Origin: a virus
Lineage: Duplodnaviria > Caudoviricetes
Virus record (IMG/VR): IMGVR_UViG_3300033121_001553
Coordinates: 64,001-128,000 of that record
DNA: 64,000 bases
Strand: one strand, 5' to 3'
The translations under genes and the position numbers were made by a program. Below are positions 20,877-31,730 of this stretch, in pieces (the stretch's first letter is position 1; each line of letters begins with the position of its first letter). The notes below the pieces were generated by a model. The model searched no databases. It saw nothing but the letters and a program-made list of their open reading frames with translations, and had not been told where the DNA came from.

Positions 20877-21147
20877 CTAGGTGAATCTGCGTGTTCTCGT
20901 TGGCGCGTGAGGATTTGTCATTCCCTGAAGTGCTCTTACGTCTGGACTATTCTGATGTGCTGCACGTGTTCTTGCGCCGCCATCATCACCATTTTTATTT
21001 ATCTCTTTGTTGATTCTTTCAATCCACCATTGCTTCATAACAATTGGCATATTGTAACCTTCGATGTACGAGAACCCACCGTAGTACATGAGATTGAAGA
21101 TGGGCTCCCATATAAGGCTAGCTTTATTTTCTGGCTGATGGCCAAAG
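20877..21147 (-). CDS. Tail assembly chaperone second ORF (gpT-like), probably reached by +1 frameshift
   Basis: Frame is open upstream of ATG 21089 as TFFGHQPENKASLIWEPIFNLMYYGGF, overlapping the end of the upstream gene. Confidence 0.65.
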
Positions 21148-21981
21148 AAAGTTTATTCCGATTGGAATGCTAACCTCCTGATCGGCTCCACACTTCGAGC
21201 ACGTACAGTTCTGTTTTGTGTCTACGCCAGGTTCGTTCGAGTCAATAAACTCGCGCAATGCCAAACTATCTCGTGCAGGCATGTTTTTTATGAAGCTGAC
21301 TGTGTGATGACCAGCCTGCACACCAGCTATTGATGTTACGCATGATACAAGCTTTGTTGTAACGTTGCTATCGATGCGTGATCCAAGCTTTTTTGCTGCT
21401 TCTTGCGTCTTCGTAATATTGTCTTCATCGTAGCCAGTCAGAAACTTGAACATTACATCTCTTTTCGTAACCGGTAGAGTAAATTTAAACTCGTTTACTC
21501 CTTGTGTTACTGGCTCGATCATGAGACGCTTCAGACCGAGCTGCGCTAGATCAAATACATATTCGAATTTTTCTGAGCATTCGTTGCATGTGATCTCAGC
21601 TGAATAGTCGGCGCCGTAGCCAGTAATTCGCACTGCGAACATGAGCGCAGTTTTATCACCAGAGAGCATGCTATTCACGTCTATTCGCTTGTCAACAAGA
21701 CAACTCTTAATGAGCTCGTTAATGACAGTGCCCTTCTTCAGCAACGCTCTGCTCGTAAGAATGTCTTCTTCTCTTGTCGTCATAGGCCTAATGTCGACAG
21801 TCTCGCACATGTGTAGAGCATTATCAGGTGAATAGATAACGCCTCTGCTTGGAATCGGTACGGTCTCTTGCGGTATGTCCAAACCAAGCTCAGCGAGCAG
21901 TTCATCGTTTGACTTCGTTTTTACGTTATTTGCTTGAGCGCTTTGTAGAACAGCTGGATTTATTCTATCTGATGACATCAT
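21124..21981 (-). CDS. Tail assembly chaperone / T4 gp26-like baseplate hub assembly protein
   Basis: PIPSRG, IRPMTTREEDIL, CxxC pairs (CNEC, CSKC), C-terminal FLWP. Lies between tail tube and tape measure. Confidence 0.75.
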   Translation of the reverse strand: MMSSDRINPAVLQSAQANNVKTKSNDELLAELGLDIPQETVPIPSRGVIYSPDNALHMCETVDIRPMTTREEDILTSRALLKKGTVINELIKSCLVDKRIDVNSMLSGDKTALMFAVRITGYGADYSAEITCNECSEKFEYVFDLAQLGLKRLMIEPVTQGVNEFKFTLPVTKRDVMFKFLTGYDEDNITKTQEAAKKLGSRIDSNVTTKLVSCVTSIAGVQAGHHTVSFIKNMPARDSLALREFIDSNEPGVDTKQNCTCSKCGADQEVSIPIGINFLWPSARK

Positions 21982-22014
21982 TCACATAATAAAATTTACG
22001 ACTTCGTAGTAAAC

Positions 22015-22052
22015 AAAAAAAGGGGCCCTTGCGTGACCCCTTCAAAATGCGA
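22015..22052 (-). terminator. Rho-independent terminator after the tail tube gene
   Basis: Minus strand aaggggtc-acGCAAg-ggcccctt followed by a T run. Confidence 0.8.
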
Positions 22053-22069
22053 ATGTTACAATGCAAAAA

Positions 22070-22561
22070 TCAATACTGAAGTATGCAGTTATCGAATCTG
22101 ATAGAAAGAGAAATTTCCATTGGCGCTGCGTCTGCGCTGTAGTCGAGATCACCAAACGCTACGCTTGTAAGCATTGCGCCCTTGATATCCCAGAGCTCGA
22201 TAACGTTACCGATCGGATCAAGCATCTTCAGCTGAACATCTCGTTTGTAAAAGTCAGCGTACCCAGCGCGACCGGACACAGACTCGTAATGCAGTCTAAT
22301 CCACTCCATCACCTGCTGCGCTCCAGACGGTGCTATCGCATCCGTGATGACAACTTCCATTGGTTCGAACGTTGTTTTCCCAGCGATGTAACGCGTTGCA
22401 TTGATCCAAGATATCGTATGCTCAACGGTTGTGTACTTTGGACGCGCTGATTTCTTAATCAGAAATGCGTCGATACCTTCAATGCTAAGAACCCAACGCG
22501 TATTGCGCTTTGGCTCAAACTTATTTGGGAGCATTGAGGTTACGTCTAGGGTCTCAGCCAT
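22070..22561 (-). CDS. Tail tube protein (gp19-like)
   Basis: FEPKRNTRW, RYIAGK, YADFYKRDVQLKMLDPIG, FGDLDY, ISLSIRFD. Confidence 0.88.
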   Translation of the reverse strand: MAETLDVTSMLPNKFEPKRNTRWVLSIEGIDAFLIKKSARPKYTTVEHTISWINATRYIAGKTTFEPMEVVITDAIAPSGAQQVMEWIRLHYESVSGRAGYADFYKRDVQLKMLDPIGNVIELWDIKGAMLTSVAFGDLDYSADAAPMEISLSIRFDNCILQY

Positions 22562-22629
22562 TTTCTCTTTCCTCTGTTACTTTCTTCAACTAGAACTAAC
22601 TATGCGTATTCTTTCGTTCAACGCAAAAT

Positions 22630-22971
22630 TTATAGCGGACTCCACTTTGACGTTTGCTTCGTAAAACGCATTGGCTTATAGCCACGTACTCTTGGCACAG
22701 CTTCAATGTAATTTGTTCCATCATCATCAAATTCATTTTTGAGATGATAAAAGTCCAGCACCTTGTCGCTTGGTATATTAAGCTCCTTAGCGAGAGATGC
22801 AGCTGCATCAGCGTTTTGTCTCTGCTCGGCGTCTTGTCTACCGACATTGTACTTTGTGCTGCCAGCACTGCTTGGAGCACCGCCTGTGATACCAAGATTG
22901 CCGATTTCGCTTAGTACTTCTCTGATTATTCTTTTTACGTCTTCTTCTCTAACAAATCTTTTTGACTTCAT
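22630..22971 (-). CDS. Hypothetical protein, putative head-internal protein
   Basis: N-terminus VKRIIREVLSE. Confidence 0.6.
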   Translation of the reverse strand: MKSKRFVREEDVKRIIREVLSEIGNLGITGGAPSSAGSTKYNVGRQDAEQRQNADAAASLAKELNIPSDKVLDFYHLKNEFDDDGTNYIEAVPRVRGYKPMRFTKQTSKWSPL

Positions 22972-23237
22972 AATGATCTCCAGGTCCTTGCAACAGGATC
23001 CCAGCTAAGTGAATTCATAGCATTCTCTCGTGAACGTGCGTACAACGCTCCATCTTCAAGCGTTAGTCTATACTCTGCTTCAAGCTTATCTTTCGGTAGA
23101 TTGAGCGTCTTTTGCAATGCTAGATACGCACCAAAAAATTCTCTATCAACTTCGCCTTTCGTAAGTTCTTTAATGGCTTCTTCTGTAAGCAAAGCGCTCG
23201 CAATGTAAGCCCGAAGTTCAGAAAGGCGAAATTTCAT
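22971..23237 (-). CDS. Hypothetical protein, putative head-internal protein
   Basis: Start MKFRLSELRAYIASALLTE at an ATGA overlap. Ends TTA (22971-22973) followed by TGA, overlapping the next ATG. Confidence 0.6.
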
Positions 23238-23719
23238 TCTCCAACCCAAGCAGGAATCTTAGCAGCAGCTGCAGTTACATACTTTAGTATGCTTTGAAGC
23301 GCAACGTAAGCATCTCTTGAATGCGCAAGATTCGTTTCTTTTGACTTATCGTATTTTGCTGCTGTACTAACAACAATCATGAAGATGTCTTTGAAAGCTT
23401 TCAGCTCGGCTGCCGCTTTCGCATTATCTGAAATCTGATCGATATCCATAACGCTTTGAGACAGCTGAACAAGAATAGTTTTCGCAGCAGTTAGCAACTG
23501 AAACATTTCTTCTGGCGTTTTATCTTCGCCAGAAGCAGGATTGTAATTTGCTGTTTTCGCTGCAAGCAGCTTTTTTAGCTGATACAATTTGTACGTTACG
23601 TTACGCAGTACGGCTTTTGCCTGTTCTTGCGTGAATGTACCTTCCTGCAGGAGCAAACGATCTCTGTACTCCTGCAAGATTAGATTACGTATTTGTTTTG
23701 GTGTTAGCTTGTATACCAT
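23234..23719 (-). CDS. Hypothetical protein, putative head-internal protein
   Basis: N-terminus KLTPKQIRNLILQE, with AGGA SD upstream. Confidence 0.65.
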   Translation of the reverse strand: MVYKLTPKQIRNLILQEYRDRLLLQEGTFTQEQAKAVLRNVTYKLYQLKKLLAAKTANYNPASGEDKTPEEMFQLLTAAKTILVQLSQSVMDIDQISDNAKAAAELKAFKDIFMIVVSTAAKYDKSKETNLAHSRDAYVALQSILKYVTAAAAKIPAWVGE

Positions 23720-23737
23720 GATGTCCTGCTGTGATTA

Positions 23738-26700
23738 TAACGCTGGGATGCTGTTCGATACGACGAACTCAAGCGAAACGAACTCAATAGAACGCGTTGG
23801 TTGCACGTAGATCTTGCCACGAATCGTGTTGTTCTCTACGTCTGCTTGCGTTGTTGTCGTTGTGTCAATCTTTACGAGGTAGCGATCGACACCCGCGTTC
23901 TTCTTTGCTTTATCGAGGATTGGCTCAACAGCAGAAGCGAATCTTGCGAGCGTTGCATCTCTATTTGGCTCGAACAAGAATGTTCTTGCAACGTTTCTTA
24001 CGTCTCTTCTGAGAGAGATGAGCAAACGTCTTACGTTCACGCGATCGAGCGCTGACTGCGCTGCGAGCAGCGTCTTCTGTCCCCATACGACGGGTGCCTG
24101 TCCTGGGAACGAAACGATTGGGTTGATGTCTGCATCGTACAACACGTTCATGTTGTCCTTCGACAGCTTGACAGCAACGTTGACTGTCGTATTGAGCGCG
24201 CCACGCGTAAAGCCAGCTGGAGCGAACCATGGGAACGCGAGTCTATCATTCAACGCAAGCGCGCCGAGTACAGCGACAGATGGCGGGCACTGCACATTCG
24301 AATTTGTCGTTGGGTCTGTTATCACGACGTCTGGGAAGTACGCTGCACCGAACGAAGAGTCGAGACCACGGTTCAAGAACTCCTGCGACGTGTTGTTGAC
24401 GCTTGGGAGCTGAGCTGATGATGTAACAACAAAGTTGCTGCTGTCTCTCTCTTCGACGTCCATGATGTACAAAGCGTCGAATCTGTCTTCCGTTGCAAGC
24501 AACGCAGCGTCAGTAACAACTGAGTGTCTGATGCCTGGGATCGCGATTATCTGCGCATCGATATTCGTTACTTCCTTCACGATATCAATTGCCTTTATGT
24601 ACGATCTTACAGAAGGGCCAAGGTTAGTTCCGCGACCGTTACCGCTCTCCATATCCTGCGTTACGGCAATGTTGCTGATCTTTGACTCTTCTTCGTTGAA
24701 GATATTGACACCATCAAATCCGCCCTGCATGAAGAAGCTGAACTTGATGTATTTCTTATTTGGAGTTGTCAAGTCTGACGTTGACAACGCACGTGTCTTC
24801 GCTGTGTCGTCAGCTGTGATCGAACCGTTACGAACGTAGACAGCTTCGTTCCACTTCGTAGAGTCTGCGTACGTATTCGATGCTGTCGTCACCTTGATGT
24901 TTTCTAGCGAGAATACGTTCATGCAGTAACGATCTGCGTCGAGGATACCGTTTGCAGCTGTATCAGCCACACCCTGGTTATCAGCAGCAACAACATTCAT
25001 ATTTGTGCTGTAGAAATTTGGCATGTAACGAGCGTATCCGTCGAATGAACGATTACGTGCAACGCTAGAATTTAGCTCGTTTACATTCGCGCTGTGCTCG
25101 AACTTCACGCCCCAGTAAAACAACGGTTGGACTGTCTGTTTCTGACCCGTTCCGAGCGTAATGTTCTGACGTAGCGGAACAGGTGGTGTAAGCGTACGCT
25201 TTGCGCATAGCAACGAGTCAAGTTGCGAACTTGTAACTGCTTGCAGCGGAGCAGAACCGCTTGTGACAAGATGAGCAATGCCACGTATACCCATTGGCAA
25301 TGCAGTTGCATCGATTTCGCCATTTTCGACTGTTGTCGATACTTCTACTCTTACGTAACGTGACTTCTGCGGATAGTTACCAGCTGTCACAAGCTTCTGC
25401 GACTTCTCTACACGATTCCAGTCATAGTACGTGTAAAGATCACCGATTGCCTTTGCAACGTAACGATCAGAGCTTGGATCGAGCGAGAGACCTCTGAACT
25501 GCTCGAGTATCTTTACGTCAGTATCTCTATCAGTAATGTCTCTGATAATCAGATCGAATGTACCGTACTGGTACGCCGTGTCTGACGACGGTGTAAGATT
25601 TTCAATAGAGAACTTGATCTTGTTTGCCGTGCTTTCGCCGTCATCGATCGCATGCAGTCTAAAGAGGTTCTTGGCAACGCCACCGAACTTCTGAGATACG
25701 ATCCAAGGCGTCTTTGCAGCGCTGTATCGATCTTCAAAGTTCTCGTAGTTTGGCACAGTTGTCGAACCCGCATTGCGCCCAAGGGAGCTTGTTAGCAAGA
25801 ACGCAGCAGACTCAGCGCCAACAAGCGGTGCTGTAGAAGTTGCGCCCGCACCGCTCAATACGCTAACATAACCTGCACCCGTTACAACAGCGACAGCGCT
25901 ATGCACATCCCAGCTTGCGTAGAGATAATGACCAGCTTGCTGAAGTTTGAATGGATCAGTATTGAAAACATTCGCAAAGTAGTTTGGCGCCGTTATGTCA
26001 AATGACGCCGTAATGCAGTTAGGATACTTTGCGTCTGTACCCTTGTGACCATTCAGCAGCATTACGAATTCTTGCTTTGAAACGCCGCCAGCCGTTAGAA
26101 CAACTGTGCCAACAGCTGAACCTCTAGCAGAGGCGTCATCTGCGATAAGAGATGAAACTGGCTTGACGCTATTCTCAACAGATGAAGACAGTCTGAGCAG
26201 AACACCAGATGCCGCCATAAGTACGCCTCTTATGATCGGTACAGAGCTTGAGATATCTGGCGTTATACCGCCAGTTCCCTGAAGTCCTGCGCTGGAGAAG
26301 AACGTCGAACCATTGCTCTCAGACATCAGACATCCCAGGAAATATGTTCTTCCTGGAACACCATTTGTATTTGCATACGGATTCGACGTTATTGTACCAA
26401 CAGTCGACGGTTGATTTTCGCCAACAACAAAACCTGCTGCTGCAACTGTATCATCAGTCTCACGTTTCTTACCCTGACCAACGCCAAGAACACGCAAGTA
26501 AGTGGCTGCTGACGCATTATTCAGCCACTCACGCACTGCGAGTGGACCGAACTTCTTACCGTCAGTTTTACCGAAGACTCCCTGGAAGTCGTTGAAGTTA
26601 CCAAACGTTGTTGGAACAAACGCTGGTCCTTTCTGCGACGTACCAATGATGACTGCGGGTATTCCAGTAACTTCTGCTGCTACAGGAGCCGATAGATCTT

Positions 26701-26740
26701 TTTCGCTTGCGTTAACACCGCCGCTGCCGTTTTTTGCCAT
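23738..26740 (-). CDS. Tail sheath protein (gp18-like), copy 1
   Basis: IGTSQKGPAFVP, PWFAPAGFTRG, WGQKTL, LDRVNVRRLL, PTRSIEFVSLEF. Ends TTA TAA. Confidence 0.93.
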
Positions 26741-26782
26741 TTTCTCTTTACCTAACTAGCATTGCAGACGCTATTCTTCGTA

Positions 26783-29773
26783 TCAAACGAACTCAACGCC
26801 CGAATTTGTGATGATGAAGTCAAGCGAGATGTATTCAGCTGCTCTGATCGGCACAACAATGATTGCGCCGTTAAGCCTTTGTGCTTCAACATCTACTTGC
26901 GAGTTATTTGTGCTATCCATGATTATCTTGAACGACTTGATACCAGTCTGCGCCTGGATCAGTCCAAGCTGCAGTGTTGCGTCTGCCTTGAACTTATCTC
27001 TTGTCGTCTGCGTATTCTGCTCAAATACCATACGTGTCGCGATATCGATAATCGTACGCTTCACTTCTAGCATCAGTCTTCTTACGTTCACTCTATCGAG
27101 CGCCGAAGGATTGAGCTGAAGTGTCTTCTGACCGAAGATCACGTAACCTGTACGTGGAAGATTTGCGATTGGATTGATACGAACATCTTGCAGACGATCT
27201 CTGTCTGCGACGCTCAAACGTGTTCTTGCATTCTTCACGAAATCAAGCGATGTTCTGTTGAAACCCGCAGGAGCAAACCATGGCTGGCTCAACTTGTCGT
27301 TCAAACCTATCGCAGCGAATGCTGCGACTGATGCTGGGACGAGAACGCGTCGCTTGTTCACGGTATCCTCTGCGTACACATCTGGGAAGTATGTGCTACC
27401 GTAGTTGTTGTCTATCACACGTCCATCGAACAGACTCGTCGTCTTATCAACGTCTGGTGGCGATGTCGAGTCATCGTACAGGCGGTTACCAGAGTCGTCA
27501 TAAGATGGAATATCCATGATGTAAAGCGCCATGGCGTATTCCTTCGTCTTCTTCAGCGCATAGTCAGTCATGTAAGACTCACGTATGCCTGGAATGACAA
27601 GCAGGTTCGTTCTAACTTCCATTGGATCTGTCATAACATCTACTGCTTTGATGTATGAGTTTACAGTATTGTTGTCTTTACCAACGCCACCGCAATTGTA
27701 GAGCAAGCCAGGACTTACATACGAACTCTCTGCGCCACCATTCGTATCGAACGACGATGCCTTATCGTTCATTCTTCTTGCATTTCTGTCGAGCGTATTG
27801 AAACCATCGAAACCGCCAGCCAAGAATGTTGAGAACTTCGCGAATCCAGAGAATCTGTTGAAGTCAGCTGAGCTTGTCTGTGCGACGAGCGTTGCAAGCG
27901 TTATTCTGCTTCCGAACGTACCATCGTTGATTCTGTAGTCAGATCCGTTGATAACGCCATCACGCAGATACGCCGCTGTTTTCATGTGATCGCTGACAGA
28001 GCCAGTCAGATCAGCAACTGCGCCGTTAGCAAATGCAACCTTTGCAAGTGTAAACTTATTGTCGTTCTGTGTATCAACGCCAGATCCCGTTAGAACAGCA
28101 TCAAGCAGCCCGATCCCGACAAACTTTGAGTACGCTTCAACAACAGCATTCTTCTCAGACGAGATATTTGGGTTGAGTGGATCGTTATTGCGTTCAAACT
28201 TCACACCCCAGCAGTAGTTCTGATTCACAACTTCAAGTGATCCTGCTGCACCTGGGAATGATGGAGAAGTTGGCGAATCGCCCTTTGTCACCTTGAACCT
28301 GAACGGAAGCGGTGGAACAATCGAGTTAGCAAGCAAACCAACTCCGGTGCCCGCGAGTCTTGTAGTCGTATTATCATCTGTTAGCGCATCGTTTGTCTTC
28401 AGCGATGAAAAACCTCTGAAGCCGAATGGTAGCGAACGAGCTGGTACAAGAGCGCGTTTTACTGCGTCTGTTACGTTTACTCTTATGTACTTCGATCTGT
28501 TCTTGTAGTTGCCAGTCGTGATAAGACGTCTGTCTGAGTCAAATGTTGAGTCGAAGTTGTAGTAAGACTTCTGATCGCCTATCAAACGTGCGATGAATCT
28601 TTCTGACGAAGGATCTAGCGAGCAGTTAGGGAACTGCTCTAGCACATTTTGATTTGCGTCGTTATCATCCCAGCTACGAACAAGAACCGTAAATGTTCCA
28701 TATGGTTTTGACTCATCTGGCGACATTTTCAAGTTGGTTATCGTAATCTTGTAAAGATTATTCGCGTATTCGCCATCATCAAGCGCTTCAAACGAGAACA
28801 AGTCGTACTCAGTACCACCAAATGGCTGCGAAATGAACATCGTTGTCGATGGAGTTGAGTAGCGAACGTCGAAATGACCGTACGCATCTCTGAAGATCAT
28901 CGTTGTGTCACCACTTGTCGTAGACGTGCTCGCAGAACCCGACAGTACAGCGACAGCGTCAGCAGACGCAACTTCATCATCTACTGCGTAGTCTGCCCAT
29001 AGCAGATGCTGCTCCTCGACAAACTTATCTGGATCGCGGTTCAACAGCTTGCCGATATAGTTCTTGCTACCCGGATTCAGAGATGCTGAGAACACCTTCA
29101 CGCCAGCACGACCATCTGCATTTGACCATGACGAACCAAGACTTGACGAGATAACAAGCTTAAACAGCCCGCTTGACATCGCAGCGTAGTCATCGACAGC
29201 AGTGTTCAGACCAGCTGGCATCGCCTCAGCGCCGCCAAGAACCATCAGTCTTGCGCCAGATGGCATGAGCACCATAGCTCTAATGATGCTGCCTGTCGTT
29301 GGTCCCCATGACGTATTGTCTGTGAACATCGGCATACCAGCTGCTTCATTCGCAGAAAATGTATGCGACGCTGCAATAAACTGTACTGCGCCTTTGTGTC
29401 TGTTATCTCCAGACCCTACTGATGTGCCTGTAACAACAAATCCTGCATTCTTTACCTGACCAGTTCTAAGCGTTTTTTCAATTTCGCCAGTTGATGAATT
29501 GGCTCCAGCGCCAAGCACTCTACAGTACGTAAGCGACGGTCTGTTCTTCAGGTACTCTGTTGCGGCGTACGTACCGTACATCTTTGGATCAACGTTGCCA
29601 AATACGCCGACGTACTGATCCAAGCTGCCAACTGTCGTTGGTACGAAAGCAGGACCTTTCTTGCTTGTTCCAATAACGCCCGCTGGGGTACCTGCAGGCG
29701 AAGCCTCAGCTGGCGCCGATAGATCTATCTCACGTTCGTAGTAGTTCGGCGATTTATACGTCTGTTCAGGCAT
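26783..29773 (-). CDS. Tail sheath protein (gp18-like), copy 2
   Basis: SPNYYEREID, KGPAFVP, PWFAPAGFNR, FGQKTL, LDRVNVRRLM, AEYISLDF. Confidence 0.93.
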   Translation of the reverse strand: MPEQTYKSPNYYEREIDLSAPAEASPAGTPAGVIGTSKKGPAFVPTTVGSLDQYVGVFGNVDPKMYGTYAATEYLKNRPSLTYCRVLGAGANSSTGEIEKTLRTGQVKNAGFVVTGTSVGSGDNRHKGAVQFIAASHTFSANEAAGMPMFTDNTSWGPTTGSIIRAMVLMPSGARLMVLGGAEAMPAGLNTAVDDYAAMSSGLFKLVISSSLGSSWSNADGRAGVKVFSASLNPGSKNYIGKLLNRDPDKFVEEQHLLWADYAVDDEVASADAVAVLSGSASTSTTSGDTTMIFRDAYGHFDVRYSTPSTTMFISQPFGGTEYDLFSFEALDDGEYANNLYKITITNLKMSPDESKPYGTFTVLVRSWDDNDANQNVLEQFPNCSLDPSSERFIARLIGDQKSYYNFDSTFDSDRRLITTGNYKNRSKYIRVNVTDAVKRALVPARSLPFGFRGFSSLKTNDALTDDNTTTRLAGTGVGLLANSIVPPLPFRFKVTKGDSPTSPSFPGAAGSLEVVNQNYCWGVKFERNNDPLNPNISSEKNAVVEAYSKFVGIGLLDAVLTGSGVDTQNDNKFTLAKVAFANGAVADLTGSVSDHMKTAAYLRDGVINGSDYRINDGTFGSRITLATLVAQTSSADFNRFSGFAKFSTFLAGGFDGFNTLDRNARRMNDKASSFDTNGGAESSYVSPGLLYNCGGVGKDNNTVNSYIKAVDVMTDPMEVRTNLLVIPGIRESYMTDYALKKTKEYAMALYIMDIPSYDDSGNRLYDDSTSPPDVDKTTSLFDGRVIDNNYGSTYFPDVYAEDTVNKRRVLVPASVAAFAAIGLNDKLSQPWFAPAGFNRTSLDFVKNARTRLSVADRDRLQDVRINPIANLPRTGYVIFGQKTLQLNPSALDRVNVRRLMLEVKRTIIDIATRMVFEQNTQTTRDKFKADATLQLGLIQAQTGIKSFKIIMDSTNNSQVDVEAQRLNGAIIVVPIRAAEYISLDFIITNSGVEFV

Positions 29774-29811
29774 TTTTAATTTATCTCCATCTAGGCTTTC
29801 AGCAATCGCTA

Positions 29812-31056
29812 TTACGATTTGTTACTAGCTCGAATAATTACACCGCTCTCAAGCCGAAACACGCGTTCGCCAAAGTTACGTGATGTTATTCTGCTTCTTA
29901 CAAATGTTCCATTGACGTACGTGCCTCTGTAAGGTGATGCAGCATACGGATCAGACGGATTCAAAAACTTTTTTTTCTTTGGATCGTTATAAAGTTGATC
30001 GTATTTTGAAAGACGAGGCAAAGTTGGATCTTGCGCGTAATAGTTTGGATCGATCAGCTCTTCTAGCTTCTCATTTTCTTCACGCTCACCAGCTTCTGAC
30101 GCATCGATATCAAACCCTATGTACGCAGGCGACACAAAACTACGTGTTGCAACGGGTGCGCCAGGTTCATCTCCTGGTATATGATACGCAGGTACGCTTA
30201 GCTGAAATTTGTATTTCACGATTCTTTCAGCTTTCTTCATATCATCAAAGTTATTTTCTGGATCGTACGCTTCAGACACATAAGCAACGAACCAGTAACC
30301 TTTGCTTGTTGAAATTCTTATCGTTCTCTCGCCTGTCGGCAAGTAAGATGCAAACAACTGCTGCATCATCTGATTCATATGAGTTACATACTGTGTCCAA
30401 AAAACAACTTCGTAGTTAGCTGTGTAGAACTGTGGTGATGGTAGCTGCACGTACTCCCACACACGATTAGTATCATCAGTTCTAATAAACGCTCCATCGA
30501 CAACATCGCTGTCAGACTTATTCATATGCGCAAGTTCATCGTCTGACGCAAGCATGTACTGATCGATCTGCGATGGTTCTACGGCTAGCGATTTATCATT
30601 TGGTATCGCATCTCTGTTCATCGGTCTTTGCGTATTAACGTCTGCTTGCGAAAGCAAACGTTTAATAACAAAATTGCCAGTCGACTGATTCATACCACGC
30701 CCAGTAATATCTTTTACTGGATCTTGAACGATACCTGTTCGTCTTATAGAAATAAGCGGAAGTATGAGATTACCGTTCTTGTCTCGAACTCCGAGATCGC
30801 GTTTCATCATTGCCCAACGCTCTCCGCTTGCAAAAACAACGGGAACTTTTTTAGCATTAGACGTATTCGTGCCAATAACTGTGAATCTGATGCCTTCGTC
30901 AAATGCTGTAGCAACAGCAACGTCAACATCTTCTATACCACACGACGGAACATTGACAGACGCTAGCTGTCCAGCGTAGCCAGACGGCGTTCCATCGCTG
31001 CTACCAGCTTCGTACCGTGTTACTGTGTCTGTGCTGGGGCCGCGTGTCGTTGGCAT
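29812..31056 (-). CDS. Tail completion / sheath terminator (gp15-like)
   Basis: VPVVFASGERW, ILPLISIRR, YEVVFWT. Lies between neck and sheath genes. Confidence 0.7.
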   Translation of the reverse strand: MPTTRGPSTDTVTRYEAGSSDGTPSGYAGQLASVNVPSCGIEDVDVAVATAFDEGIRFTVIGTNTSNAKKVPVVFASGERWAMMKRDLGVRDKNGNLILPLISIRRTGIVQDPVKDITGRGMNQSTGNFVIKRLLSQADVNTQRPMNRDAIPNDKSLAVEPSQIDQYMLASDDELAHMNKSDSDVVDGAFIRTDDTNRVWEYVQLPSPQFYTANYEVVFWTQYVTHMNQMMQQLFASYLPTGERTIRISTSKGYWFVAYVSEAYDPENNFDDMKKAERIVKYKFQLSVPAYHIPGDEPGAPVATRSFVSPAYIGFDIDASEAGEREENEKLEELIDPNYYAQDPTLPRLSKYDQLYNDPKKKKFLNPSDPYAASPYRGTYVNGTFVRSRITSRNFGERVFRLESGVIIRASNKS

Positions 31057-31067
31057 CTAAACGTAAA

Positions 31068-31727
31068 TAACTCGTCGTAAAACGTGTTACCAGCAGTGGT
31101 GCTATTTTTATCCGAAATTTCTCTCTGACCTTCTATCGGTGGATCCAACGTACCATTTTCCTGGAGCTCTCTCTTGTCACCAGTCATACCCTCTTTGTTC
31201 TCTGGCAGGCCACGCTGTTGAACAAATGTTTTTTGAACAGCGTCTGGATCTGTGTATCTCTCGTCTGTTGGACCAAATATCTTTGTCTTGAAGTTAGACT
31301 CGCGTGCTGTTACGCCAATAAGCTTCACGCCGTCTGTGCGCTCTACCTGACCGTAGATGGCACGCATGTACGTAATTTCTGTTACTTCAAAGAACAAAGA
31401 ACCGTAAGAGAAAAAATCTCCAATTGACAGCTCTATCTGCTTGTCAAGCATATCTCTGTAATGCAGATACGCCTCTATCGTGTACGTATTTTCGTAGCTG
31501 AATGTGTCGATCTTTGCGTCACGTTCTGGTTGACCGACGATCGCATCAAGCACGATCGGATTCTCAAAAATTTTCTCCGGACTTTCGTTGTAGACAGAAT
31601 TTGCGCGCGTCTTGACTTCAGATATCGAATAGTAGTAGATCTTCTGACCGACGACATCTTTGATGTACTCTTTTGTTATATCGCTTATGAAATTAATTTC
31701 ACGTTCAGTTACAAATAGTCTTGCCAT
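31068..31727 (-). CDS. Neck / head closure protein (gp14-like)
   Basis: VVGQKIYYY, VYNE, IGDFFSYG and synteny after gp13. Ends TTA 31068-31070, 11 nt before the next ATG (standard code runs into the next gene, to 31020). Confidence 0.72.
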
Positions 31728-31730
31728 CTG

